Both the position numbers and the translations under genes were made by a program. 64,000 nucleotides of DNA from contig CBDCDA010000001.1 in the NCBI GenBank assembly GCA_965215335.1, forward strand, positions 192,001 to 256,000, given 5' to 3'. Under the pieces are notes generated by a model. The model saw only the letters and a list, made by a program, of their open reading frames with translations, searched no databases and was not told where the DNA came from. Positions within the stretch are counted from its first letter, which is position 1. The number at the start of each line of letters is the position of its first letter. This document shows, in pieces, positions 51,139 to 61,016 of the stretch. This DNA comes from an uncultured Candidatus Entotheonella sp. (lineage in GTDB: Bacteria > Tectomicrobia > Entotheonellia > Entotheonellales > Entotheonellaceae).

Positions 51139-54100
51139 TTACGATTTCCGCGCCCGCTTCCGGGATCGACCCTGCTTGTTCCGGCCCCTGCCTGCCTTTG
51201 AACCCCCCTTTCCCTTTCGACTTCTGGTTGAGCGATTCCAGTCGATCTTGCTGACATCGAGGCTGGCGACATCATTCCCGAATACTGGATTTACGGGCTC
51301 GAACAGCGCGGCGGCCATCTTCAGAAAACCGTCGCCGTGCAGGTTTTCCTCGATGGGATACGAGGAGGAACGCCCAGCGCCTTTTTTGCGGAGTTGCGTT
51401 TCTCCCAGATGCCGCGCCCGGCGCGTTGCCAGCCTGGCGGCGCCCAGCTGATGCGGGTGATCCGCCCCCGTCATAGCCCATTTCAGCATCAGGCCCTCGC
51501 GATGCAGCAGTTCGATGACGGACTTGCTGACGGCGTTCTTCAGCTTGCGGTCATAGGCCATCAACCGTCGCGCCTCGTTCACCTCGGCGGTCAGATTGAC
51601 GGGTGCGTCCGAGCGCAACATGTTGAAATGCGCCAAGCGGTTGCGGATACGCGCCACCTGGCCGTTGCCTGGCCGGAAAGCGTCACCGAAATAGCGCTGC
51701 AAACCGTTGCGGACCGACTGCGCCTCAGCGGTCTCGTTCAGATTCCTGAGCGCTTCGACAATCCGTCCTTCCGACAGGGTTCTGCATCCCTTTCCCTTGA
51801 ACACCCCGGACGGTTCGGAGCCGTTCCGGTGCATCAACGCCAGCGTCACGAAGTACAAGTCCCGCTCCCAAAGGCCCGCAAAGTCCACGAGTCGACCGAG
51901 AACGGTCATCAGAAGTCTGTGAACACGGACGTGGTCGGTCAGCGTGACGCGCGCCGAGCCATGGCGATGCCGCACGACCCCGGCGAGCGCCCGGACGTAG
52001 GCCCTGAGGTCCGAGGCGTCGAAGTCCTGGCGGGAGGCCGCCCACTTGTCGTGCAGATCTTCGCGTGCCTTCTGCCAGCGCGCGATGGGGGACGAGCCAT
52101 CGCTGTCGCGTTTTTCGGCCTGCTCGCAGCCCTGCACCTCCGCCTCCGTGACCGGGTGCTGCATGAATACGTTCCCGAGGGGCCGCAGATGTCCGAAGCG
52201 CATGATCTCGCGCAGACCTCGGCGAGGGAGCCGGCCGTCGTCATCGTCGCCGCCGGGTTGCAGGGGAAAGATGCGGTCGAACGACTCGCCGCCTTGGAAG
52301 AACTTCCTGAACTCAGCGATACCCGTGAGCGCCGCATTGCCTTCGAACTTGGCGTCGTGCATGTCCAGGTAGAGATCAAGGACTTTCTGGATACCCCGGA
52401 CACGCTCGAGCATCGGTCCTGGTGCGCGCGCTTCGCCTGGGCCGGGGTCCGGCCTGTCCGCGAGGATTTCCCATTTCCTCATCTGGTGGCGCAGGCTGGC
52501 GACGTCATCCACCGGCACGAGGTGGGCCAGGAAGTACAGAACGAGCTGCCAGTCATCAGTCGCCGCCGCGCCGGATGGGACTTCGGGCGTGAGAACATCG
52601 AGACCGCACTGGCGATCGGGAACGTCATCCGGCGTATCCATGGGAAGCTCCTGCACAAAGCCGAGTTCCTCCTTGTCCAGGTAACTGTCGAAAGCCCGCG
52701 CGATCACGTCGAGCGCCAGATCATCGATATAGCGGGCCTGCTCGCGGGCGCGGTCCGGATCACTGTCATAGCCGCGCTGCACCCGCATCTCGCTGGCCGT
52801 CTCCGCCGACAGGCGGGACAGGAAGCGCCGCATGGTGTCGCCGTCGCCGAGCTTGCCGAGGTGTTTCGCCTTCGCACGAATGGCGCTCTTGCGGCGCTCG
52901 TCGTCCTTCGCATTCATGTCTCGCGCCGCCTCCGTCGTCCGGTTGACCGCCTTGTCGATGAAGCCGTTCAACTCCGCGGCGGGACGCGCGGCCAGCCAGT
53001 CCCGGAAGGGGCGCTCGTAAAGGAGCTTCATGGCCGTGTACTGACACCGGCGGGCCGGCTGTTCAAGGGCGCTGCGGTTGACGGGTTCGGGGAGCACCGG
53101 GCTGGCGTCGTCCTTGATATTGGAAGCCCGCTTCAAAAGCCTGCTGAAGCGCGGCAGGGGAACGTCAGCCGTCCCCGGATGCGACACCGATTGCCAAATG
53201 ACATCAAGAAATTTCCGGTTCTGCGCTTTGTTGAAGAAGTGCTCGAAATGGGCTGCCCGCATGGTCTCGCGCAGCCGTCCGGCTCGCCCGTCGCGATCGC
53301 TCGTCCACAACCTGGTGATGGCGTCTCGGAGGCCGTCATCCTGCAACGCGCATTCCAGGGCCAACGCAAAACCACCCAATCCCTTGAAATGAAACGCGCT
53401 GTTGCGGAGCCTTGCGATGCCTTCCAGCGCGAACCTCAGAACACGGCGCTCCAAGTCGCCGTTCGGGGCACCCCCTGCCGGATTGGATGCGGACTTGAAA
53501 AGGCAGGCGTGGCTGCCAAAGAGAAGATCGAGCTTGCGGCGGCAGGCATCCAGGCGGAATTCCGTCCCGGTGATCGCCTGGATCTGATCCCCGCCCAGAA
53601 TGTCGTTCGTCTGCTTTCCTTGCGGATCGGCCCAATCCGTCAGGGTCCGGGCGGCCAGGGCGAGAACGTGCCGCCAGACGCGCGTGAAAGCCTCGTTGCG
53701 CTTGATGTCGGCCTGACCGTCGCTGCTCCAGTAGCGGCTCTGCGAAACGTTCTCCGGCCAGTGGCCAAGGACATGCGCCGACGCCGACGCCGCGCCTGAC
53801 GTCTCTTGTGCTTCGGCGGCCGCGGCCGCCTCGTAATGGATGACCTTTCCCAGACGGACGAGGCCGTTCAGGTTCCTGTTGGCGTGCGTCTTGTCGATGA
53901 GCGTGAAGAGCGCCTGCATGTCGGCGGGCAACGCCCCGGCAACCGACTTGTGCTTGATGGACTTGTGCCCGGAGAGGCGACGCCTGTAGACCTCCTTCAC
54001 CGCTTCATGCAGCGCGGAGGTGCCGCGATGGCGCGATTGGGCCTCCTTGATCGGCAGCGCCGCGCCGTGGTCGTCCTGGAACAGCCGGCCGTAATGCTCG

Positions 54101-54843
54101 AACAGGACCGGGCTGACGTCGCGCATGAAGACGATCTGTTTCCTGTTCTTTTCCGTCTCCATAGCCCGGGCTCGAATCGTGGCGGCGACGTCACCGGGCG
54201 CCGAATAGGCCGCTTTGTCGTCTTCAGACCATGGTGGGTTGTCATCGTGCCGAGCGGGCCTCTGCAAGATATTGCCCGCGATGCTTTCCGCGCGGGCGGT
54301 GATCCGGCCTCGCCGCTTGTTCGGACGATGGCCCGCTATCCGGTATTCCGCTTCATAGAGATGGGCGTGGATTTTTCGGACCACGTCCCTGGCGTCGACC
54401 AGGCACGGCTCGACATCGCCGGCGAAGCGCGCGTACCAGCGGCCCCTGGGGCCTGGTTCGGGTTTCGGATTTCCGTTGCGGTCCTTTCCGGGCAAGGCGT
54501 TGCCGTTGGGATACGGTTCGACCTTGAATCTCCACAGTTCTTCCAGCGTCGTTTCATTGTCGGCCGATTCGCCCAGAAGATCGTTTTCCACCAAACAGGC
54601 CCAGGCAGCATCGCCGAGCCTCTTGCGCAGGTCGCGCTGCGCCTGCGTCGGTTTACGGTTGCCCGTGGGCTTGGCGGCGATCTTGTCGATGGCTGAAATC
54701 CATTGCGCGATGACCAGCGCAGCGTGCGAATGCGCAAATTCGTCGAGGTCGCGTTCCCTGCCTGCCGCGCTCCGTTCAACGAGGGTGCGTCGCCGGCGCG
54801 CTGGCCGTACCGCGCTTCGTCCGTAGGGTCTGATAATCCGCAT
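51139..54843 (-). CDS. cas13a: Type VI-A CRISPR effector Cas13a (1234 aa)
   Basis: HEPN motifs RNSAFH (53389-53406) and RNRLAH (51628-51645). MRIIRPYG start, IAQWISAIDKI, SRYWSSDGQADIK, ETASEMRVQRGYDSD, RLVDFAGLWERD and MAYDRKLKNAVSKS resemble, from recall, Rhodobacter/Thalassospira/Insolitispirillum Cas13a. Adjacent Cas13a-type array. Confidence 0.93.
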   Translation of the reverse strand: MRIIRPYGRSAVRPARRRRTLVERSAAGRERDLDEFAHSHAALVIAQWISAIDKIAAKPTGNRKPTQAQRDLRKRLGDAAWACLVENDLLGESADNETTLEELWRFKVEPYPNGNALPGKDRNGNPKPEPGPRGRWYARFAGDVEPCLVDARDVVRKIHAHLYEAEYRIAGHRPNKRRGRITARAESIAGNILQRPARHDDNPPWSEDDKAAYSAPGDVAATIRARAMETEKNRKQIVFMRDVSPVLFEHYGRLFQDDHGAALPIKEAQSRHRGTSALHEAVKEVYRRRLSGHKSIKHKSVAGALPADMQALFTLIDKTHANRNLNGLVRLGKVIHYEAAAAAEAQETSGAASASAHVLGHWPENVSQSRYWSSDGQADIKRNEAFTRVWRHVLALAARTLTDWADPQGKQTNDILGGDQIQAITGTEFRLDACRRKLDLLFGSHACLFKSASNPAGGAPNGDLERRVLRFALEGIARLRNSAFHFKGLGGFALALECALQDDGLRDAITRLWTSDRDGRAGRLRETMRAAHFEHFFNKAQNRKFLDVIWQSVSHPGTADVPLPRFSRLLKRASNIKDDASPVLPEPVNRSALEQPARRCQYTAMKLLYERPFRDWLAARPAAELNGFIDKAVNRTTEAARDMNAKDDERRKSAIRAKAKHLGKLGDGDTMRRFLSRLSAETASEMRVQRGYDSDPDRAREQARYIDDLALDVIARAFDSYLDKEELGFVQELPMDTPDDVPDRQCGLDVLTPEVPSGAAATDDWQLVLYFLAHLVPVDDVASLRHQMRKWEILADRPDPGPGEARAPGPMLERVRGIQKVLDLYLDMHDAKFEGNAALTGIAEFRKFFQGGESFDRIFPLQPGGDDDDGRLPRRGLREIMRFGHLRPLGNVFMQHPVTEAEVQGCEQAEKRDSDGSSPIARWQKAREDLHDKWAASRQDFDASDLRAYVRALAGVVRHRHGSARVTLTDHVRVHRLLMTVLGRLVDFAGLWERDLYFVTLALMHRNGSEPSGVFKGKGCRTLSEGRIVEALRNLNETAEAQSVRNGLQRYFGDAFRPGNGQVARIRNRLAHFNMLRSDAPVNLTAEVNEARRLMAYDRKLKNAVSKSVIELLHREGLMLKWAMTGADHPHQLGAARLATRRARHLGETQLRKKGAGRSSSYPIEENLHGDGFLKMAAALFEPVNPVFGNDVASLDVSKIDWNRSTRSRKGKGGSKAGRGRNKQGRSRKRARKS

Positions 54844-54861
54844 CGTGGCCTCGACTCTGAT

Positions 54862-54960
54862 TCCTTGTGGACGTCACGAACCTCGCGCCCTTGCGCGGCC
54901 TCGCGTGCCGCGACCGCGCCCATGGCCGTCATCTCGGTTTCGGGGTCCGGGCGCAGGCGC
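54862..54960 (-). repeat. 99-bp duplicate of helicase DUF3883-region sequence upstream of cas13a
   Basis: 87/99 identical to 55480-55578, same orientation; encodes RLRPDPETEMTAMG..GREVRDVHKE. Confidence 0.88.
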
Positions 54961-55148
54961 TGGCCCTCCGGGGGGTCTGCGTTTGGGAAGGAAGTCACTT
55001 TAGCGAAGTCAGTCGAAGTGAACCACGGGCAGCATACAGGAACAACCCCCCACCCCCCTTTTCAGGAAGGCCAAGCTTCCTTTCTGAGGGGAGCGGAACG
55101 GTATACGGCAGAGTACATCGGACTGGCCGGCTGTGGCCCTTGGCTTCT

Positions 55149-58100
55149 TCACGATCCGGCCCTGCCGCCGTAGCCGCCTCCGGCTTCCCGAACCGTCATC
55201 GGCTGCTGTAGCGCATTCACGTCCAGCCAGTAGTGCTGCACCTTGGTTACTTCACGCCATGCGAAGCTGGCCGGGTCGTGGAGCGGGGCCTGAAGTTCCG
55301 GATCGTTGGCGCAGTTGGTTACCACGTAGAGCCAGTAGCAATCCCGGCGGTCCTCGGCCACGCGGCGCTCATTGGGGGTCAGCAGGATGCTGCCGGCAGA
55401 ACCCGCGAGACCTTTCACCTCGATCAGGCGCAATTCACCCGATTGCAGATCGAGACTCCTCACGTCGTAGCCGAGATTCTCCTTGTGGACGTCACGGACC
55501 TCACGGCCCTGCGCGGCCTCGTAGGCCATGACCACGCCCATGGCCGTCATTTCGGTTTCGGGGTCCGGGCGCAAGCGCCGTACCTCCGGGGTGTCGCGTT
55601 CGGGATGGGGCAGGAGGAGGGCGCTCGCCAGCCGCGCAACGCCCTGCAGGGTGACCGCCTGTTGCCGCTGGAGTTCCTCACGCCGACGGTCGCGGCGCGC
55701 CATGACCTCCGCGTGACGGGCTTCAGCCTGCGCCAGGCGGCCCTCGGCGCCCGCAACCCCTGCCTCCACTTCCGCCGCGGCGCGGCCGATCTCGTCGTCA
55801 ATGCGTTGCAAGACTTCGGTCAAGGAGAGGCTGACATGTGCAGCGATGCGTTCGACTTCGGCTTGGCGTTCGCTACGAATCTCGCCGACAAAAGGCACGA
55901 GGGCGTTGTCGTGAAGCCAGGCCGTCGCCTCCGGGTGAGCAGCAACGGCCGGCAGGTCGCGCGGCGCCGCAGTGGGACTGAGATTGCTCAGAACATCCGG
56001 CTCGCGGAGACGAGGCGAGTCGCCGTCCGTCAGTTCGACGGCGAACAGCCGTTCGTGGATGATGCGTCCGAGGCCATCGACGACCCGCGCCCGGTAGAAA
56101 TCGAGGCGCGCCGGGGCGTCATGCGCCAGGGAATGGAAACAGGCTCCCTTGGCAAAGGCCCCCAGGCTGCGGTCGAGACCGTGCCGGCGCAGGGCCTCGA
56201 AGAGCGGGTGCCCGGGCGTCACCCATTCGAGGTTGTTTGCCTCGGCCGTATCGCGGTCCGTCGACAGGCGCGGATAACGAGCTGCCAGCGCCGCAAGCTT
56301 CCAGTTCGGCTCGCGGTCATACCGCTTCAGGCCGGGCGGCGTGCGGCCAGGCTCGAATGTATGCGCCAGGTTGCCTACGGGCCGCAGCGTCAGACCGGCA
56401 TCCGGCGCGCATTCCGTGATGAAACGGGCGATGGTCTCGGGCACGACACGCCGTTCTTGCGCCCGCGCCCGGCGTTCGATGAGCATGTCGAGATTGAGCC
56501 TTCTGGCCGCCAAGCCTTCCAGCGCCGTTTGACAGATGTTGCGGAAGTGCTGCTCATCGACGTCCTTCAGGAGGCGCTCCTCGAGGTCGGCGTCGCCCAG
56601 GTTGCCCGCGTAATAGTCACGCAGGACACGCTCCACATGCGCGGCCGGCAAGACCTCGCCGACCACGTTGAACACCGCATCGTCATCGAGGGCGTCGCGG
56701 ATTTCCCGCAGCTTGTCCAGGAGACGTTGGAGTACCCGTCCTTCGATGGTATTGGTGGCCACGAAGTTGAAGATCAGGCAGTCCTGCCGCTGCCCGTAGC
56801 GGTGAATGCGGCCCATGCGCTGTTCGAGGCGATTCGGGTTCCAGGGGATGTCGTAGTTGAAGAGAACATGGCAACACTGCAGGTTGATGCCTTCGCCGGC
56901 CGCTTCGGTGGCCACCAGGACCTGGATATGCCCGTCACGGAATTGCTGCTCGACATGCAGGCGGGTGCCGGGTTCGTCGCGTGAACCGGACGTCATGCCA
57001 CCGTGAATGCAGCCTGTCCGGAAGCCCCAGGCCCGCAACTGTTGCATCAAGTGGTCGAGGGTGTCCCTGAACTCGGTGAAAAGCAGCAGACGTTGCTCGG
57101 GGCGATCAAAGAACCCCTCCTGTTGCAGGATAGCCCGGAGTTGGGCGAGCTTCGCTTCGCTGCCTGCGGTTTCGACAGCCCTGGCGTCTTCGGCAAGCCC
57201 CTGGAGCTCGGTAATCTCCGCACGCACCTGTGCGGCGTTGCCGGCCAGCGTGACGGCTTCCAGCAGCCGCTCCAGCCGTTCGCGCTCGGCGTCCTCGAGT
57301 TCTTCGAGCTCCTCCAGGTCGGGGAGGTCCGGCGGCGCGCGGCGCGCCAGTTCCTGGGCGCGCTCGAGGCCATTCTCCAACCGCCTGGCCCGGTTTTCCA
57401 GCGACCGCCGCATGGCGCAGGTGCTGGAAGCCAGGCGCCGCTGGTACAGCGACATCAGGAATCCGATGGCCCGAGCCCGCGGGTCGTCACCCTGGGCCGC
57501 GGCGCGGGCACTCTGCCGCTTCACAAAGCGGGTAATCTTCTCATACAGAGCAAACTCGGCGCCGTCGATGGCGAAGGCGGCGGTGCGCGGAATGCGTTTC
57601 GTGAATACCGGCTGTGCGGCCCATGCGCCATCTGTCCGGCGCTCCGGGAAATAGACCATCGCCTCCTTCGTGCGGCGCAGGTAGAAGGGCGCTCGCTGCC
57701 GTTCCATCGCCTCGCGAATCGACCGTACGTCGGCGTAGGCGTCGCGGTCGAGCAGTTGCAGGAACAGCGTGAAGTTCTGCGGGTCGCCCTTGTGGGGCGT
57801 GGCGGTCAGCAGCAGGATGTGATCGGCGCGGTCGCGCAGCAGTTCGCCCAGGGCATAGCGCTGGCTCTTGTGGGTCGCGTCGCGCGCCGACATGCGGTGC
57901 GCCTCGTCGACAATCACCAGGTCCCAGTGGACCTGGCGCAGCCCGGGCAGGATGGCGGCGCGCTTGGCGAGGTCGAGGGAGGTGATGACCTGCTTTTGCT
58001 CCATCCACTGATTGACGCCGAACTGGTCGCGGATGTCGCTGCCCTTGAAGACGATGCAGGTCTCGTCGAACTTTTCCTTGAGTTCGCGTTGCCACTGGAA

Positions 58101-58586
58101 GGTGAGGTTGGCCGGGCAGACGACGAGGAGGCGTTCGATCAGGCCGCGCAGCTTGAGTTCGCGCACTAGCAATCCGGCCATGATGGTCTTGCCGGCGCCG
58201 GCGTCGTCAGCGAGCAGGAAGCGCACGCTCGGCAGCTTGAGGAGGTGCTCGTAAACGGCTTCGAGCTGGTGCGGCAGCGGGTCGACGCGCGAGATGGAAA
58301 GCCCGAAATAGGGGTCGAACTCGTAGGCGATGCCGAGGGCATACGCCTGCAAGCCAATCCGCAGAAGCCGTCCGTCGCCATCATGGGAGAGCACGGCATC
58401 AGCGATCGTCAGGTTCGAGAGGTCATCCGTGCCGAGTACGACGCGGCGGAACTGCTCGGAGTGCTGACCAACGAGGCCGGCTTCCCAGACACCAGTTCCC
58501 CCTGAACGTACGGTTTCCACCCGCATCGGCTCGTTGAACAGTGGGCCGATCAGGACTTGTCCTTCCTGGATTGGGGCTGCGCTCAT
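55149..58586 (-). CDS. SNF2-family helicase with C-terminal DUF3883 (HmaA-like)
   Basis: LLADDAGAGKT, DEAH, TATPH, QRMGRIHRYGQ; GYDVRS..LIEVKG; paralog of 9298-12870. Confidence 0.9.
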   Translation of the reverse strand: MSAAPIQEGQVLIGPLFNEPMRVETVRSGGTGVWEAGLVGQHSEQFRRVVLGTDDLSNLTIADAVLSHDGDGRLLRIGLQAYALGIAYEFDPYFGLSISRVDPLPHQLEAVYEHLLKLPSVRFLLADDAGAGKTIMAGLLVRELKLRGLIERLLVVCPANLTFQWQRELKEKFDETCIVFKGSDIRDQFGVNQWMEQKQVITSLDLAKRAAILPGLRQVHWDLVIVDEAHRMSARDATHKSQRYALGELLRDRADHILLLTATPHKGDPQNFTLFLQLLDRDAYADVRSIREAMERQRAPFYLRRTKEAMVYFPERRTDGAWAAQPVFTKRIPRTAAFAIDGAEFALYEKITRFVKRQSARAAAQGDDPRARAIGFLMSLYQRRLASSTCAMRRSLENRARRLENGLERAQELARRAPPDLPDLEELEELEDAERERLERLLEAVTLAGNAAQVRAEITELQGLAEDARAVETAGSEAKLAQLRAILQQEGFFDRPEQRLLLFTEFRDTLDHLMQQLRAWGFRTGCIHGGMTSGSRDEPGTRLHVEQQFRDGHIQVLVATEAAGEGINLQCCHVLFNYDIPWNPNRLEQRMGRIHRYGQRQDCLIFNFVATNTIEGRVLQRLLDKLREIRDALDDDAVFNVVGEVLPAAHVERVLRDYYAGNLGDADLEERLLKDVDEQHFRNICQTALEGLAARRLNLDMLIERRARAQERRVVPETIARFITECAPDAGLTLRPVGNLAHTFEPGRTPPGLKRYDREPNWKLAALAARYPRLSTDRDTAEANNLEWVTPGHPLFEALRRHGLDRSLGAFAKGACFHSLAHDAPARLDFYRARVVDGLGRIIHERLFAVELTDGDSPRLREPDVLSNLSPTAAPRDLPAVAAHPEATAWLHDNALVPFVGEIRSERQAEVERIAAHVSLSLTEVLQRIDDEIGRAAAEVEAGVAGAEGRLAQAEARHAEVMARRDRRREELQRQQAVTLQGVARLASALLLPHPERDTPEVRRLRPDPETEMTAMGVVMAYEAAQGREVRDVHKENLGYDVRSLDLQSGELRLIEVKGLAGSAGSILLTPNERRVAEDRRDCYWLYVVTNCANDPELQAPLHDPASFAWREVTKVQHYWLDVNALQQPMTVREAGGGYGGRAGS

Positions 58587-58821
58587 AGCGGCTGCGTTCC
58601 CCCCATAGCTGGATTCGTTACAAGCCTTCCGCTTGTGCCGTCGCGCCTCCGGGGCATCGGGTCAGGCGGGGTCAGACCGCGTCACGAGACCGGCTCCGGC
58701 CCCCTTTGCCTGATGACAATGGAAAATGCTAGCGGAGTGTGGCAAAGCTCTTCCTTGTCGAGTCACGACACGGGATTTGGAATTGTGGATTTTGGATCAA
58801 GGGAGACGAATCCACGATGAA

Positions 58822-59550
58822 TTACCACACCAGGAACTGGACGCCGAACAGGACCAGCATGCCCAGCACCAGGCGTCGAAAGAACACCTGGCTGACGTGC
58901 GGCAGGACCAGACGGCCGGTGTACACGCCGACCAGCATCGCCAGACCCATGGCGACGGCCAGCGCCAGCCGGTCGGCGATGAAGAACCCCTGCTGCCAGT
59001 ACAACACGGTGCGCTGCGCGTTGCCGAGCAGGAAGAACAGCGCCACCATGGCGATCAGGTCTTCCTTCAGCAAGCCGTAACGCAGAAAGATGACCGCCAG
59101 TAGCGGCCCGGCGATGCCGATGCTGCCCAGCAGGGCGCCGGCGACCGCGCCGCCCAGGGGCAGGAACCCGGCGTGCGGCGCGGTTCGGCTCTCGCCGCCG
59201 CGCCAGCCTTCGTAGGCGGCAAACGCCAGCAGGAAGACGCCGAGCATGCGGCGCAGGGCGGTTTCGGTCAGGACGTCAAAAAGCAGCGTGCCGGCGTAAA
59301 TGCCGGGCACCACGCCGAGAAAGAAGAGGGCCGCCAGGCGCCAGTGCAGATGACGCCGGAACAGCCAGCAACGCAGTCCGACGGCCAGCAGCTGCGCCGG
59401 GGCGACGAGCGGAATCACCACTTTCAGATCGAGGAACGGGCCGAGTACGCCGTACAGGATCATGCCTGCGCCGATGCTGGTGATGGTAGTCACCACCGAC
59501 GCCAGCAAGGCGCCGCCCAGGGCCACGAGCCACAAGGTGAAGTCGAGCAT
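58822..59550 (-). CDS. Sulfite exporter TauE/SafE family protein
   Basis: Multi-TM protein with the two-fold Gly-rich repeat pattern; next to sulfopyruvate decarboxylase remnants. Confidence 0.75.
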   Translation of the reverse strand: MLDFTLWLVALGGALLASVVTTITSIGAGMILYGVLGPFLDLKVVIPLVAPAQLLAVGLRCWLFRRHLHWRLAALFFLGVVPGIYAGTLLFDVLTETALRRMLGVFLLAFAAYEGWRGGESRTAPHAGFLPLGGAVAGALLGSIGIAGPLLAVIFLRYGLLKEDLIAMVALFFLLGNAQRTVLYWQQGFFIADRLALAVAMGLAMLVGVYTGRLVLPHVSQVFFRRLVLGMLVLFGVQFLVW

Positions 59551-59669
59551 GGCGAAGCGCCTGCCGGGACAGGGGTTTCCGAGTGGGGCGGGACGGCCTG
59601 AAGGCCATGGTAGCACGCCGACGCCGCGGTAGCCGCGGGTCGGATTGACGCAGCGTCATCCGACACGGC

Positions 59670-60250
59670 CCTGAAGAACTACGGCGTGCGCCTGATTTCC
59701 GTCCTGCCGGAGACCTGGCTGGTGCACCTGGTGACGCTGCCCGAGGCGAAGGGCAAAGCCATGTTACGCAGTGAAGCACTGGCGGCCATATACCCGGAGC
59801 TGGCGTCGTGTGTGGTCATCACCATCATGGGCGCCACCGCGTCGGAACTCTACGCCCTGGGCCACCGGCCGAATTTCTTTTATCTGGAACACGCCATGGG
59901 GCTGGGCATTGCGCTCAGCCGTCCCGAGGAGACGGTCGTGGTGCTGGACGGCGGCGGCTCGATCTTGATGAACCTCGGCAGCCTGACGACCCTGGCGCGC
60001 TACCGGCCGGCCGATCTGATTCACGTCGTCTTCGGCAACGAAAGTGCTCTTGTCAGTGGGCAGGACGTTCACCACCGCCACGGGCAGCAGCATCGCGGCG
60101 ATGGCCGAAGCGGCGGGGACGCCGCGTTCAGCCACGGTGGACACGGTGGAAGGCTGCCGCCAGGCGTTTCAGGAAGCCCTGGCGGCGCGAGAATTGACGA
60201 CCTTGGCCGCGAGGGGCCGGCGACTTGTCACATCGACGTCCACATGCTGG
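59670..60250 (+). pseudogene. Sulfopyruvate decarboxylase-like (ComD/ComE) remnants
   Basis: Short alpha-like piece LKNYGVRLISVLPETWL, then a beta subunit from ATG 59761 with a degenerate ThDP motif (LDGGGSILMNLG) and a frameshift near 60045. Confidence 0.65.
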
Positions 60251-60307
60251 CGAGTTCCAGCGCTACCTCACCCGCGACCGCCGCAAGGCTGGTTGATCAC
60301 GGGCGGC

Positions 60308-60895
60308 TCAGGCCTGCACCAGCTGGCCGACGTCGGAGGTCGGCGCGTCGATCAGCCGGGTGGCCGGCAGGTCTTCGATCTTGCCGGTGTCCAGCAATTC
60401 CTGAGCGGCGGGCACCGGCAGCACGTCACGATGGTGCTCCGTGTTCAGCCCGCCGGTCTGCCCCGTCGGGTCTTCGACCCACCACGACGCCTCCAGGGCG
60501 ATGCCGTTGGGGTCCGTGAAGTAGATCGACTGAATGAGCCCGTGGTCCACTACCTCCGTGACTTCGCAGCCATGATCGAGCAGGCGTTGCCGCAACGCCT
60601 GCATAGCCTCGGCGTCCGGCAGGTTGAGCGACACGTGGTCGAACTGAATGGCCCTGTCGTCCGGCACCCCCGCCGGTTTGGCAAAGCCTTCCACCTCGTG
60701 GTTGCGGTACTCGAAAAACGCCACCGTGGCGCCGTTGCCCACGTCGAAGAAGTAATGCCGGAACGACTCGTTGCCGACCGTGGCGACCAGGCGTGCGCCG
60801 AGCACGCCGTGCCAGAATCGCGTCGTCGTGTCCATGTCGTTCGTCACCAGCGCCAGGTGATTCAACCCGGCCCACCGAACCGCTTCACTACTCAT
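60308..60895 (-). CDS. VOC/glyoxalase family protein
   Basis: LNHLALV..FDHVSL..SIYFTDPNGIALE; GGAG RBS before ATG 60895. Confidence 0.85.
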   Translation of the reverse strand: MSSEAVRWAGLNHLALVTNDMDTTTRFWHGVLGARLVATVGNESFRHYFFDVGNGATVAFFEYRNHEVEGFAKPAGVPDDRAIQFDHVSLNLPDAEAMQALRQRLLDHGCEVTEVVDHGLIQSIYFTDPNGIALEASWWVEDPTGQTGGLNTEHHRDVLPVPAAQELLDTGKIEDLPATRLIDAPTSDVGQLVQA

Positions 60896-61016
60896 CTCTC
60901 TTCTCCTCTCGGCCAATGCAAGTACCTGTATGGCACGTGTGTTATGCTGGCCTTCGGCGGGGAAACATAGCACGAATCCCGGAAATTTCCCCTGAGCTCG
61001 AAGGCGACGTCCTCCC

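Noticed and set aside
54336..54998. 220-aa ORF overlapping the cas13a start as an accessory gene
   Set aside because: Its only recognisable part is the duplicated helicase fragment; the rest is an alternate frame of cas13a.
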